The notes: generated from the letters alone by a model not told the origin. Shown: positions 1 through 9,409, numbered from the stretch's first letter. The stretch: DNA of 64,000 nucleotides from Parcubacteria bacterium C7867-006 (GCA_001189155.1 LFCP01000001.1:147779-211778); one strand, 5' to 3'. Translations and numbers: made by a program.

Positions 1-1015
1 TTATATATCGAGATTGTACTTTTCCTGTAAGCATTCCACCAAGTGGTGAAGCGGCCATCATTGCAACTGCCATTGGTATAAAAAGATATCCTGTCTCCGT
101 GGCATTAAAACCGAGAAATGTTTGAGCAAAAACTGGTATGAGAAATACACCACCCATCATACCCATAAACACGACAAAGTTGTTCACAAGTGCATTTACG
201 AATGCTGGTATTTTGAAGAATTTAAGATCAACAATCGGCTCGGGAGCTTTTTGTTCAATTTTAATAAAGAGACCGAGAAGTACAACAACTAAGAAATAAC
301 AAATCATACTTCCTACAGAAAGCCACCCCCAATCAGATCCTTTTTCTAACACTAAAACAAGAGAAGATAGCATGCCTCCGAGAGTAAATGCGCCCCACCA
401 GTCAAAGAATTTTGTTTTTACTTCAGAACGTGATTCGTTAATGAAACGCATAGCCATAACAATACCCAGGATTCCAATTGGGAGATTAATTAGAAATACA
501 GATCGCCAGCCGAAGTTGTCTATAAGCGGTCCACCCAATAATGGGCCGAATACTACAGCCGCTGCAAAAGAAGACGACCAGATACCAAGAGCTTGTGCAC
601 GTTCCTTACCCTCCTTGAAGGTTACAGCAATAATGGCCATTGCAGTAGGATAGTCTGCCGATCCGGCAATTGCTTGGATTATACGAAAAACAATCATTGA
701 TGAAAGATTCCAAGACAATCCTGCCAAAACTGAACCGACAATAAAGATACCAAAACCCCAAATATATACTTTCTTTCTTCCAATTGTATCACCTAGTTTA
801 CCCCATATAGGAACAAAGACGGCATTAGCAAGAATGTATGCCGTTGCAATCCATCCTGCGGAAGAGACGGTTATACCAAAATCATTAATAATCTTAGGTA
901 GAGCTAGGTTAACTATGGTTTGATCAAGACGCCCCAAAAATGTTCCCACAATAACAGTGAGTAAAATCCACCAGCGTAAATTTGAGCCTTTATTGCGATC
1001 TTCTTTTTCTTCCAT
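1..1015 (-). CDS. MFS drug-efflux transporter (EmrB/DHA2-like); 3' end cut by the window edge
   Basis: Minus-strand frame from ATG (complement of 1013-1015) translates to MEEKEDRNKGSNLRWWILLTVIVGTFLGRLDQTIVNLALPKIINDFG..., a multi-TM MFS signature. It is absent from the ORF track because it runs off the window. It lies downstream of two HlyD-like genes and marR. Confidence 0.7.
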   Translation of the reverse strand, partial: MEEKEDRNKGSNLRWWILLTVIVGTFLGRLDQTIVNLALPKIINDFGITVSSAGWIATAYILANAVFVPIWGKLGDTIGRKKVYIWGFGIFIVGSVLAGLSWNLSSMIVFRIIQAIAGSADYPTAMAIIAVTFKEGKERAQALGIWSSSFAAAVVFGPLLGGPLIDNFGWRSVFLINLPIGILGIVMAMRFINESRSEVKTKFFDWWGAFTLGGMLSSLVLVLEKGSDWGWLSVGSMICYFLVVVLLGLFIKIEQKAPEPIVDLKFFKIPAFVNALVNNFVVFMGMMGGVFLIPVFAQTFLGFNATETGYLFIPMAVAMMAASPLGGMLTGKVQSRYI

Positions 1016-1021
1016 AGTTTG

Positions 1022-1666
1022 TTATTGTGTATAGACCGTTATTTTTGCAGACATACCATTTTTTAATTCTGGATAATCAGCAACATTGAAACGCACTTTT
1101 ACATCAAATTTTTTAGTTGGACGTTTATCAGAAATAGAGAAAACTACACCTGTGTCATTTGATGTTTGACTTATACTCTCTACTATTCCAACGTATGTTT
1201 TATTACCGAATGCATCAACAGTGAATGCTGCTTGTTGCCCAAGCTTAATTTTTTCTAATCCTTTAGTTTCATCAATTGCTCCTATTACACGCATATCTTC
1301 AGGATGTATCATTGAGATAATTGTTACCCCTTGAGAATAAAAAGTACCTATATTATTTGAAACATTGATAACGATACCACTCTGCTTTGAAGTAACAATA
1401 CCAGTTCCAACCAAGGCAACAGGGGTATTGGCAGAAATTTTATCTCCTTCACTGACATATAATGCATTCAATGTGCCAGCAGTACTTGCTGAAAGATTAA
1501 TCACTGGAGCACTTATCTGCGAGTTCTCAATAAGTAAAGTACCACTACCTGATTGCCAGTAAAGGAATCCTCCTAAGACTAAAAAGACAACAACAATACC
1601 AATAATACTTTGCGTTAATGGTTTACTGAACATGCTTTTCTTTTTTGTATTTTTTTCTTCATTCAT
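1022..1666 (-). CDS. HlyD-family membrane-fusion/periplasmic adaptor protein (short copy)
   Basis: N-terminal TM helix followed by a beta-rich adaptor-like domain; operonic with the MFS pump. Confidence 0.5.
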   Translation of the reverse strand: MNEEKNTKKKSMFSKPLTQSIIGIVVVFLVLGGFLYWQSGSGTLLIENSQISAPVINLSASTAGTLNALYVSEGDKISANTPVALVGTGIVTSKQSGIVINVSNNIGTFYSQGVTIISMIHPEDMRVIGAIDETKGLEKIKLGQQAAFTVDAFGNKTYVGIVESISQTSNDTGVVFSISDKRPTKKFDVKVRFNVADYPELKNGMSAKITVYTQ

Positions 1667-1686
1667 ATATGTATTTTTAAATAATA

Positions 1687-2817
1687 TTATTTTGACAATA
1701 TTTCAATCGCTGCAGTATTTGGTGTTGCAATCTGCCCAGCAGTTATTGATACATTTATTATCTTTCCATCTACTGGAGCCGTAATAATGGTGTTGTTATA
1801 CATGCCCTGTGCTATCTGAAGTGCACCTTGTGTGCTCTGAACCTGTGCCCTCGCCATATCTAAATCTTCAGATCGTGCCGGCGATTGTTTCAAAGTCAAA
1901 GATGCCCTAGCTTGGTCTAAAGATGCCTTAGCACTCTTAATTGCTTGTGCATCATTTGTGATAGTTAGATACACAGAATCAACAGTAGCTTTGGCTGAAG
2001 TTATAGCATTTTGATCTGCTGTTATGGTCGCCTGGCTACCACCAGAAGTTATTTGGGTGTGGGAAGTTAAAATAGTTAGTAAGTCAGTCAAATAATTTCT
2101 AACTTTGGTTATGTAAGTTGTTGAATTTGTAACTATTTGGTCAACATTGGTTTCGTTAATTGAGGAAATTTCATTTTGCCATTTAACAAGAGTAGAATTA
2201 ACATCTACAAATTCAGTGTTAACATTACTTACTAACTGCTGGTTTGTTTGAACAGTACCTATGATGCTGAACTGAGGATTTGCAGATTGTGGACTAGAAA
2301 ATAAACCGTAGGTGTTAGACAACACTACAGAGTTAACACTACTGTATGCCGTAGTAAGATCGCGAACTAGATTTTGTTTGGCATTTTCGAGGGCTGTGGA
2401 AGCATAATCAACAGAGGCTTGGGTTACTGCTATATCTGGGTTAGAAGCTCCATTCACCAACTTGTCATACGCTGTTTGTGCCACCAAATATGCCGCTTTA
2501 GCTTGGTTAATTGCTCCGATTGTATTTTCTGCATCAAGACTTGCCAGAACTGTTCCAGCTTTTACAGTATCACCAATTTTTACATTAACACTTTTAATTC
2601 TTCCTCCTATAGGAAAAGCCAAAGTCAAATCTCGTGGAGATGCACTGCTTATATCAGTACTGCTGGCCAATGGTAATCCATTAATTTCTGCTGACCTCTG
2701 TGCCAATGTTTTTCCATGATTAATTGAGCTTACTATACCAATGGCAAGCGCAATAATAATTGCGATTCCTATTGTGATTTTCGGACTTGAGATTAATTTT
2801 TTAAAGTGTTTTTTCAT
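1687..2817 (-). CDS. HlyD/EmrA-family membrane-fusion protein
   Basis: N-terminal TM helix, lipoyl-like hairpin (PIGGRIKSVNVKIGDTVKAGTVLASLD), long coiled-coil region. Confidence 0.65.
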   Translation of the reverse strand: MKKHFKKLISSPKITIGIAIIIALAIGIVSSINHGKTLAQRSAEINGLPLASSTDISSASPRDLTLAFPIGGRIKSVNVKIGDTVKAGTVLASLDAENTIGAINQAKAAYLVAQTAYDKLVNGASNPDIAVTQASVDYASTALENAKQNLVRDLTTAYSSVNSVVLSNTYGLFSSPQSANPQFSIIGTVQTNQQLVSNVNTEFVDVNSTLVKWQNEISSINETNVDQIVTNSTTYITKVRNYLTDLLTILTSHTQITSGGSQATITADQNAITSAKATVDSVYLTITNDAQAIKSAKASLDQARASLTLKQSPARSEDLDMARAQVQSTQGALQIAQGMYNNTIITAPVDGKIINVSITAGQIATPNTAAIEILSK

Positions 2818-2819
2818 AT

Positions 2820-3263
2820 TTATTCGTTTATTAATGTGTTAAGTATTTTGACAAATTGTTTTCGTTCATCATTTTGTAACTTTGAAAGCATCTTTGTAAA
2901 AATGTCGAGTTTAATTTGACGAAAGGATTTCCATGCCTTAGGCGTAAGTGCCACTCGTATTGTTCTCCTATCTTTATCATTTACCACACGAGTCACAAGC
3001 TTTTTCTTTTGCATTGTCTCAATAATAGCGGTAACGGATGGAGGAGTAATTTTTAAATAACTGGCTATTTCTTTCATTGATGGATTTCCATTTTCAGCAA
3101 TGTAAGAAAGAGCATCAATTTGTGAAATGGGATACTTAAGATCTTGAGATTCTCGTCTCAATATATCTGAAAGCTTAAGACGAAAAGCAAAAAGTGCTTC
3201 CTCCAAAGAAAGCCCACTACTCTTTAATTTGGGTTGTTTTTTCATACTGTAATATAGTTTCAA
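2820..3263 (-). CDS. MarR-family transcriptional regulator
   Basis: 147 aa with a winged-helix pattern (SMKEIASYLKITPPSVTAIIETMQKKKLVTRVVNDKDRR); first gene of the efflux operon. Confidence 0.7.
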   Translation of the reverse strand: MKLYYSMKKQPKLKSSGLSLEEALFAFRLKLSDILRRESQDLKYPISQIDALSYIAENGNPSMKEIASYLKITPPSVTAIIETMQKKKLVTRVVNDKDRRTIRVALTPKAWKSFRQIKLDIFTKMLSKLQNDERKQFVKILNTLINE

Positions 3264-3334
3264 TTAACTAACTATTAGGTAAACTAACGATATCATATGA
3301 CAATTAAAAAAGCAACTATATTCTTATATTTACA

Positions 3335-3366
3335 AAAAATCACCGATTTGTATCAGTGATTTTTTA
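3335..3366. terminator. Bidirectional intrinsic terminator hairpin
   Basis: aaaaaatcaccgat-ttgt-atcagtgatttttt: a stem flanked by an A-run and a T-run; lies downstream of the minus-strand tRNA-Gln. Confidence 0.5.
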
Positions 3367-3496
3367 TTCTGAATACTGCACTCAGCAGGTATGCCATTTT
3401 CGGAATAGATTCTCGTGTGGTTTATGCATACAAGTCCCGTCAGCTTTACTTCACTATAAAAGCGTTGCACTGACGCGACTCGAGCGGCGCACGAGC

Positions 3497-3570
3497 TGGC
3501 TGCCAGACTTGGACTCGAACCAAGATACTCGCCTCCAGAGGGCGAAGTCCTACCATTAGACGATCTGGCA
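3497..3570 (-). tRNA. tRNA-Gln (anticodon CUG), CCA encoded
   Basis: Reverse complement is TGCCAGATCGTCTAATGGTAGGACTTCGCCCTCTGGAGGCGAGTATCTTGGTTCGAGTCCAAGTCTGGCAGCCA. It has the U1-A72 pair and G73 typical of bacterial tRNA-Gln, anticodon loop CUCUGGA and a TTCGAGT T-loop. Confidence 0.85.
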
Positions 3571-3675
3571 ATACAACTATTTGAGTAGTCTCAAATAGAA
3601 CCTAATAACAGAAGAATACCCGAAAAATAGCCTTTTTACAAGAAATATAGACGTTTATTTTGCTATAATTTAATT

Positions 3676-4275
3676 ATGAAAATTATTAAGCCTGTTTCTC
3701 TGGTCGATGTTAAGAGAGCTTTTGTAATCTCTGATCTTGGGAAAATTAAGGGAAATCAAAAAGGAGTATCTGAAAAAACGTTTGAGAATAATTTTAATAG
3801 AGCAAAAACAAAAGTCCTTAAGTTTTCTGAAGCAGATTTAGATAAACACATAGAATGGTCTAAAAGATTGAATGCTTATAATAATTGTAAATGGTACATT
3901 GCCGAGTTTTCTCCCCCTGAGCTTGGTGTATGGAGGAGATCATCAGGTCTTCCACTCAGTTGGACAAATCAGTCTCTTCTAGAGACATCAAAAAAAATAA
4001 ATAAAGTTCTCAGTAGTGATTCAAAGTTTTTAAAGAAGAGGTCGAGATATGCTATTTATAATATATTAAATAGTAAAAGTCAGATTTCACAAAAGGAAAA
4101 ATATTTATATCCCATTGTTTTTAAAAATAGTGAAGGGACTAGAGGTAGAAGTTATTTAAGATTTAAAACTAAGGGAGATATAGATGATGGGTGTATGAGG
4201 TCTATTGCCATGACTATAAGTGGTAAAAAATCTATTCTGGTATATTTTGGTGTGCCAAAGGAGATTACTAAATAA
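3676..4275 (+). CDS. Hypothetical protein (199 aa)
   Basis: ORF with ATG start; tightly followed by the GIY-YIG and VanW genes (3-nt gap, then a 4-nt overlap). No recognisable domain. Confidence 0.45.
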   Translation: MKIIKPVSLVDVKRAFVISDLGKIKGNQKGVSEKTFENNFNRAKTKVLKFSEADLDKHIEWSKRLNAYNNCKWYIAEFSPPELGVWRRSSGLPLSWTNQSLLETSKKINKVLSSDSKFLKKRSRYAIYNILNSKSQISQKEKYLYPIVFKNSEGTRGRSYLRFKTKGDIDDGCMRSIAMTISGKKSILVYFGVPKEITK

Positions 4276-4277
4276 AT

Positions 4278-4541
4278 ATGTATTTTGTTTATTTTCTAGA
4301 GTGTGCGGATAAATCTATATACACTGGAATAACCACGGACGTTAAAAGGCGTTTCGCAGAACACAAAGCTGGAAAGGGTGGACACTATACTAGTTCCAAA
4401 AGGGCTGTTAAAATTGTTTATACAGAAGAACATTCTGATAGGTCGTCTGCATCAAAACGAGAGGCCGAAATAAAATGTTGGTCTAGAAATAAAAAACTAG
4501 AATTAATTAAAAATAACAGACGATCCAAAAAGAATGTATGA
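4278..4541 (+). CDS. GIY-YIG nuclease-superfamily small protein (UPF0213-like)
   Basis: MYFVYFLECADKSIYTGITTDVKRRFAEHKAG: GIY..YIG motif with a downstream RxxEH. Confidence 0.7.
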   Translation: MYFVYFLECADKSIYTGITTDVKRRFAEHKAGKGGHYTSSKRAVKIVYTEEHSDRSSASKREAEIKCWSRNKKLELIKNNRRSKKNV

Positions 4542-5413
4542 AGCCTAAAATCTATATACCAATCTTATTGATGACTTTGGTTGTTTTAAGTCTTTTTTCT
4601 TATGAATTTTTATACAAAAAAAATGAAGTAAGTGTTAGTCCGAGCACACCAGCTCTTGTTTTGAATACTGTTAAAGAAGAGCCTATAATTGGTCAAGATC
4701 TTTTGGGTAAAGCAGAGGTTAGTTTTGCTGGAGGAACGGATGTTAGGAATAAAAATATAGAATTAGGAATTGCTCGTATAAATGGAAAAGTATTGATGCC
4801 TGGTGAGGAATTTTCTTTTACAAAAACTATTGGTCCAGTTACAGAAGAAGATGGTTTCGGTGAAGCAAAAGTTTTTCTCAACGGTGAAGTTACAACTGGT
4901 GTGGGTGGTGGGCTCTGTCAGGTATCAACAACCCTGTTTCAGAGTGTTTTAAAGGCGGGTTTACCGGTAACGGAGAGATGGAATCATACATATTCTGTAG
5001 TGTTGTATGATGTTGGTTTAGACGCTACGTACTCAGATCCTGGCCCAGATTTTAAATTCAAAAATGATACGGCCAATCCTGTTGTTATAAAAGGTAAGAC
5101 TGAAGATCAAAAAGCTGTATTTGAAATATATGGTGTTAGTGATGGTCGTCAGGCTAGCACAACTGAACCTGATATTTCTCAGATTGTAGATTTTCCACCA
5201 ACAAAATATGTCGCAACAACTACAAGAGATAAAAGTTTGCCAGAATGTATAAATAGTCCACAGATAGGGTATACATCAAAAATTACATATGGTGTTTTGT
5301 ATCCAAATGGAACTACAACACAGCAAATATTTACTTCAACATATAAACCTTTACAGAGAGTTTGCTATGTTTATGGGACTAGTACCACAAATTTTAAAAA
5401 TTCCATAAGATAA
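4538..5413 (+). CDS. VanW-family protein
   Basis: N-terminal TM helix; conserved VanW core GGGLCQVSTTLFQSVLKAGLPVTERWNHTY. Confidence 0.7.
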   Translation: MKPKIYIPILLMTLVVLSLFSYEFLYKKNEVSVSPSTPALVLNTVKEEPIIGQDLLGKAEVSFAGGTDVRNKNIELGIARINGKVLMPGEEFSFTKTIGPVTEEDGFGEAKVFLNGEVTTGVGGGLCQVSTTLFQSVLKAGLPVTERWNHTYSVVLYDVGLDATYSDPGPDFKFKNDTANPVVIKGKTEDQKAVFEIYGVSDGRQASTTEPDISQIVDFPPTKYVATTTRDKSLPECINSPQIGYTSKITYGVLYPNGTTTQQIFTSTYKPLQRVCYVYGTSTTNFKNSIR

Positions 5414-5440
5414 ATTTATATATGTTAATATTTACCTAAT

Positions 5441-5989
5441 ATGAAAGAAAATTTTGACGCTAATAATTCTGAAACTGTTTATTCAAAAGAATCTGTAGAG
5501 AAGAAAGAAAGAGCTCCAGAGTTTAACTTTGAAAGTGGGGTAGAAGAATCTATTAATAGAATAGTTAGTATCCTGGAAAAACAACCTAAAGTTGTAGTTG
5601 CTTTTTCTGGCTCATCTTCAAATGTTGGAAAAACAACATTATCAAAACATATATCTCAAGGGTTGTATGATAGAGGTATACAGTCTAGATCTTATATGGG
5701 TGTAGAAGAGGTTCACGATAGAGGGCCTGAGCCGGGAGATTCTGTTTTTATATTTCAACAGATACATTTAGGAGTAGTTAACAGCAGTATAGTTGATAAA
5801 ATAAAAGATATTTATAATGAGGATGTTAGGGATGCTTTTAAAGAGAAAGGCCTTGATATTTCTGGTATAGATTTTTGGGTGGGTATTTACAGGCCAGACA
5901 AACCATTTGCAAGTGATGTTATTGCTGATTCTAATTCTGAACCTATAGCAGATATTATTATTAGGAATGACATGGCTGAAGATAAATAG
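5441..5989 (+). CDS. P-loop NTPase/kinase-like protein
   Basis: Walker A motif AFSGSSSNVGKTTLSK; 182 aa. Confidence 0.5.
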   Translation: MKENFDANNSETVYSKESVEKKERAPEFNFESGVEESINRIVSILEKQPKVVVAFSGSSSNVGKTTLSKHISQGLYDRGIQSRSYMGVEEVHDRGPEPGDSVFIFQQIHLGVVNSSIVDKIKDIYNEDVRDAFKEKGLDISGIDFWVGIYRPDKPFASDVIADSNSEPIADIIIRNDMAEDK

Positions 5990-5998
5990 ATTTGATTT

Positions 5999-6493
5999 AT
6001 GGTAAGTAGAGTTTTGAATAATAAAAACCTGGAAGTAAAAAAATCCAGAAATGGGGTTGGTGTTTTTGCTAAAAATGATTTTAAAACTGGAGAGAAGGTG
6101 CTTCGGGTAACTGGTAAATTTATTACTTGTGATATTGATGAAGATATTAATGATGAAATCAGATCAAATGCATATCGTTTTGATGAGGACTTGTATATTA
6201 GCCCAAAAGGAAAGTTAGCAGATTTTTTAAATCATTCTTGTAACCCAAACGCTAAGGTTGTAAAAAAAGATAATAAACTGTACATATTTTCTATTAAACC
6301 AATATCAAAAGGTCAAGAAATCGTTTTTGATTATTCTACAGTTATTGCCTCAGATGATGAGTGGGATATGGATTGTAATTGCGGTGAAAATATTTGTAGG
6401 AAAAATATAAAAAGATTTGGTTTTTTACCAACAAAAATTAAAAATAAATATATTACAGAAAATATTGTTCCTAGTTATATATTAGAAATCTAA
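5999..6493 (+). CDS. SET-domain protein (putative protein-lysine methyltransferase)
   Basis: NHSCNPN motif, a tyrosine-containing C-terminal motif (FDYST) and a cysteine cluster CNCGENICRKN (post-SET). Confidence 0.75.
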   Translation: MVSRVLNNKNLEVKKSRNGVGVFAKNDFKTGEKVLRVTGKFITCDIDEDINDEIRSNAYRFDEDLYISPKGKLADFLNHSCNPNAKVVKKDNKLYIFSIKPISKGQEIVFDYSTVIASDDEWDMDCNCGENICRKNIKRFGFLPTKIKNKYITENIVPSYILEI

Positions 6494-6519
6494 AAAAACT
6501 ACCTTGTGGTAGTTTTTTT
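6493..6519. terminator. Bidirectional intrinsic terminator
   Basis: aaaaaactacc-ttgt-ggtagttttttt. Confidence 0.6.
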
Positions 6520-6527
6520 AGATAATT

Positions 6528-6956
6528 TTAAGCTGGGAGGTCTAGTTGAATTCTAACTAGACTTACATACCAACCAAAAGAAAGGGGACCAAAATAACCA
6601 GTTCCAGATGATAATCCAGCTGGCAGTAGCACTTTGGATGCATTAGCATTTTGCCACCTTGTTACAGCCGATGCTGTTAAGGGGCCAAAGTATACACTTT
6701 CATTTCCAGGTGATCCAAATCCTGTGCTAGATACTGTGTATCCAGCCCAATTCAAGTATCTTTGTAGACACTGGACATCAAGCCCAGTATCTCCAACCTT
6801 TAAGTTTCTAGTAATCTCACAGAGCGGTATTGTCGTGTCTGCAGAAGATATTTTTGGTAGTACTACGATAGAGGTAATTACAAACATACCAATAATCATA
6901 GTGATAACCAAAGATCTTATGGAATAAAGTGATTTTAGCCTTAAATATGTTGTCAT
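6528..6956 (-). CDS. Secreted peptidoglycan-binding-domain protein
   Basis: Signal/TM at the N-terminus plus a PG_binding_1-like repeat (GDTGLDVQCLQRYLNWAGY...FGPLTASAVTRWQ). Confidence 0.6.
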   Translation of the reverse strand: MTTYLRLKSLYSIRSLVITMIIGMFVITSIVVLPKISSADTTIPLCEITRNLKVGDTGLDVQCLQRYLNWAGYTVSSTGFGSPGNESVYFGPLTASAVTRWQNANASKVLLPAGLSSGTGYFGPLSFGWYVSLVRIQLDLPA

Positions 6957-7043
6957 ATTTGTTTTTGTTATTTGCTAATAAACCGACCTTTATCTATTGT
7001 TTACGACGTGGTAGTCTAGGTTTGATTACATATTTTTATTAAC

Positions 7044-7607
7044 ATGAATTTTACAATTGATAGTGCTATTGAGGCCTTGAACACTGGTGGAGTTGGTGTA
7101 TTTCCCACAGATACTCTTTACGGTCTGGTTGCTAGGGCATTGGATATTGATGCTGTAAATCGTGTTTATAAATTAAAGAATAGATCAGATGGTAAACCAT
7201 TCATTATACTTATTTCATCTATTGATGATTTATCAATATTAAAAATCTCTATTGATGAAAAAACAAAAACTTTTCTCTCTACTGTTTGGCCGGGGTTAGT
7301 TAGTGTGATTTTGCCTTGCGAGGATAACGGTCTCAGTTATTTGCATAGTGGTATGGATTTGGCCATAAGGTTGCCCAATAATGAAATTCTTATAAATTTA
7401 ATAAAAGAAACTGGCCCGATAGTTGCTCCATCTGCAAACCCTGAAGGACTAAAACCTGCATCAAATATTAATGAAGCAAAAGAATATTTTGGAGATAATG
7501 TTGAATTTTATGTGGACGGAGGTATTTTAGATGGGGAGCCTTCGACTCTACTATCAATAAAAGATGGCGAGATAAAAGTTTTAAGACAAGGAAGATTTAA
7601 AATTTAG
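7044..7607 (+). CDS. tsaC: L-threonylcarbamoyladenylate synthase (YrdC/Sua5 family)
   Basis: GGVGVFPTDTLYGLVARALDIDAVNRVYKLKNRSDGKPFIILISS. Confidence 0.8.
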   Translation: MNFTIDSAIEALNTGGVGVFPTDTLYGLVARALDIDAVNRVYKLKNRSDGKPFIILISSIDDLSILKISIDEKTKTFLSTVWPGLVSVILPCEDNGLSYLHSGMDLAIRLPNNEILINLIKETGPIVAPSANPEGLKPASNINEAKEYFGDNVEFYVDGGILDGEPSTLLSIKDGEIKVLRQGRFKI

Positions 7608-7646
7608 TTGTTGGGTTGTTTTTTGAATAGGGTATATAATTAATTT

Positions 7647-7991
7647 ATGAATGATAAATTGGTAAAAATTCTTACTATTTTGGTTATATTGTCTGTAGGT
7701 TTTTCTATTGCTTTATGTTCGTATTCTGCTTTGGGTGATTCTAGGATGCCTCATCATGATTATATGTATAATTTTAATAATCATTTATTGATGGCACATT
7801 CATTTAATGTTTTTATAATTCCTTTTAGTATAATTTTGAATCTATTATTAGTATTTTTTGTTTTTGTATATCAGAGATTATTTATTGAGACTTTTCGAGA
7901 AGAGAGGTTTGTTTCTAAATGGATAGATGAAAAAATAGAACAAAGGTTGGGGTTTAATTATTTTAGTCCGAGATCCCCACCAAAATATTAG
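7647..7991 (+). CDS. Small membrane protein
   Basis: Two hydrophobic helices; no recognisable domain. Confidence 0.4.
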   Translation: MNDKLVKILTILVILSVGFSIALCSYSALGDSRMPHHDYMYNFNNHLLMAHSFNVFIIPFSIILNLLLVFFVFVYQRLFIETFREERFVSKWIDEKIEQRLGFNYFSPRSPPKY

Positions 7992-8025
7992 AAATAGTCT
8001 ATTACTAGTTCTAATATAAAAATAT

Positions 8026-8532
8026 ATGGAAATGACACATTACATGCAATTACTTGCAGATAATCAGCCTTGGAATCTTTTGATGTTTATGGCTATTCCT
8101 GTTGTGCTTGCTGAGACGGTTGCAGTTACAGAGTTGTATATTTTATTCACAAGAAATTTTTCCGGTTTGGTAAGAAAAATAAACTCTATTGCTGGGTCAA
8201 TAGTTGGTATTTATTTTATTGGAGTATTTTTCTATCTCCTGTATACGGCAGTTATACCTTTAACAACGTCAGGTGGGTGGAGAGGTCTTGCTGATATTGT
8301 TGCTGTAGGGTTTTATCTTTTGGGAGTGATTCCACTTGGGGGTCTTGCTTTGTTGGAATTTGGTTTAATTAAGAAAAATGCTGATCAAGAAGAAAAACTA
8401 AGAGTTCATGCAATATTGGTTGCGGTATTTCTTGTTGTTGCTCATATTGCGATGATATTTGGAATGTTGAATCCGACTGTAATCTGGTGGCAACCAGATA
8501 GTATGGCCCTGATGCAAGGAATGACTCAATAG
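8026..8532 (+). CDS. Integral membrane protein
   Basis: Four or five predicted TM helices; followed by a terminator. Confidence 0.45.
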   Translation: MEMTHYMQLLADNQPWNLLMFMAIPVVLAETVAVTELYILFTRNFSGLVRKINSIAGSIVGIYFIGVFFYLLYTAVIPLTTSGGWRGLADIVAVGFYLLGVIPLGGLALLEFGLIKKNADQEEKLRVHAILVAVFLVVAHIAMIFGMLNPTVIWWQPDSMALMQGMTQ

Positions 8533-8545
8533 ATATTAGAAAAAC

Positions 8546-8575
8546 AAAAACCGCGAATTTGCGGTTTTTGTTTTG
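8546..8575 (+). terminator. Intrinsic terminator
   Basis: aaaaaccgcgaatttgcggttttt followed by a T-run. Confidence 0.7.
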
Positions 8576-8595
8576 ATGGTATAATCATTTTTAAT

Positions 8596-9075
8596 ATGAA
8601 AAAAGACAATGCTATTATTGGTCATGTTCATTTAACCGTCGGTGATTTAGAGAGGTCTTTAGGTTTTTATCGTGATTTACTTGGTTTTGAAGTTACAAGT
8701 TACATTAGTAACTCCGCCGTGTTTCTATCTAGAGGTGGTTATCATCATCATATTGGACTTAATACTTGGTCAGGAAAAGGTGTTATACCTCCACCACGAG
8801 GTCATAGTGGTTTATATCACTTTGCTATATTGTTTCCTACTCGTAGGGAATTGGCAGAGGTTTTAAAGAGAATAATAGATGCAGGATACCAAGTTACAGG
8901 TTTTTCAGATCATGGTGTTTCTGAAGCTATATATCTAGATGATCCTGATGGAATAGGGGTTGAACTTTGTTGTGATAGGCCAAAAGAGGAGTGGAATATA
9001 GGAGATGATGGTCATGTAGAGATGGTAACAGAACCAATGGATATTAATGATTTATTGAACGAACTCAATAAATAG
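8596..9075 (+). CDS. VOC-family protein (glyoxalase/extradiol dioxygenase-like)
   Basis: IGHVHLTVGDLERSLGFYRDLLGFEV, the N-terminal VOC pattern. Confidence 0.7.
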   Translation: MKKDNAIIGHVHLTVGDLERSLGFYRDLLGFEVTSYISNSAVFLSRGGYHHHIGLNTWSGKGVIPPPRGHSGLYHFAILFPTRRELAEVLKRIIDAGYQVTGFSDHGVSEAIYLDDPDGIGVELCCDRPKEEWNIGDDGHVEMVTEPMDINDLLNELNK

Positions 9076-9154
9076 ACAATAGATTGTGTATTGTGGCTAT
9101 GGTCTTCAGAGGGAATATCCTGTATAATGTGGGTATTATATTTTAATCAAAAAT

Positions 9155-9409
9155 ATGGAAAAAAAGAATTCAGCATTTATGAAGCCTATGAACATTAGTT
9201 CAGAATTGGCTGAAGTAGTAGGAAAGGGCCCAATGCCAAGATCAGATGTTGTTAAGAAAATCTGGGCATACATCAAGAAAAACAATCTTCAGGATGAAAA
9301 GAATAAAAGAAACATTAATGCTGATGAAGCTTTAAAGAAGGTGTTTGGAGGAAAGGCTACTGTAAATATGTTTGAAATGACAAAATTGGTTTCAAAGCAT
9401 CTTTCTTAA
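9155..9409 (+). CDS. SWIB/MDM2-domain protein
   Basis: SSELAEVVGKGPMPRSDVVKKIWAYIKKNNLQDEKNKRNINADEALKKVFG matches the SWIB-domain consensus. Confidence 0.7.
   Translation: MEKKNSAFMKPMNISSELAEVVGKGPMPRSDVVKKIWAYIKKNNLQDEKNKRNINADEALKKVFGGKATVNMFEMTKLVSKHLS

Noticed and set aside
372-653. 93-aa plus-strand ORF
   Set aside because: Lies antisense inside the clearly coding minus-strand MFS transporter gene; no SD; spurious.
2374-2719. Two plus-strand ORFs (100 and 85 aa)
   Set aside because: Antisense within the HlyD-family gene 1687..2817; Cys-rich low-complexity translation; spurious.
3356-3559. 67-aa plus-strand ORF
   Set aside because: Overlaps the minus-strand tRNA-Gln and a GC-rich non-coding segment; an artefact of GC-rich sequence.
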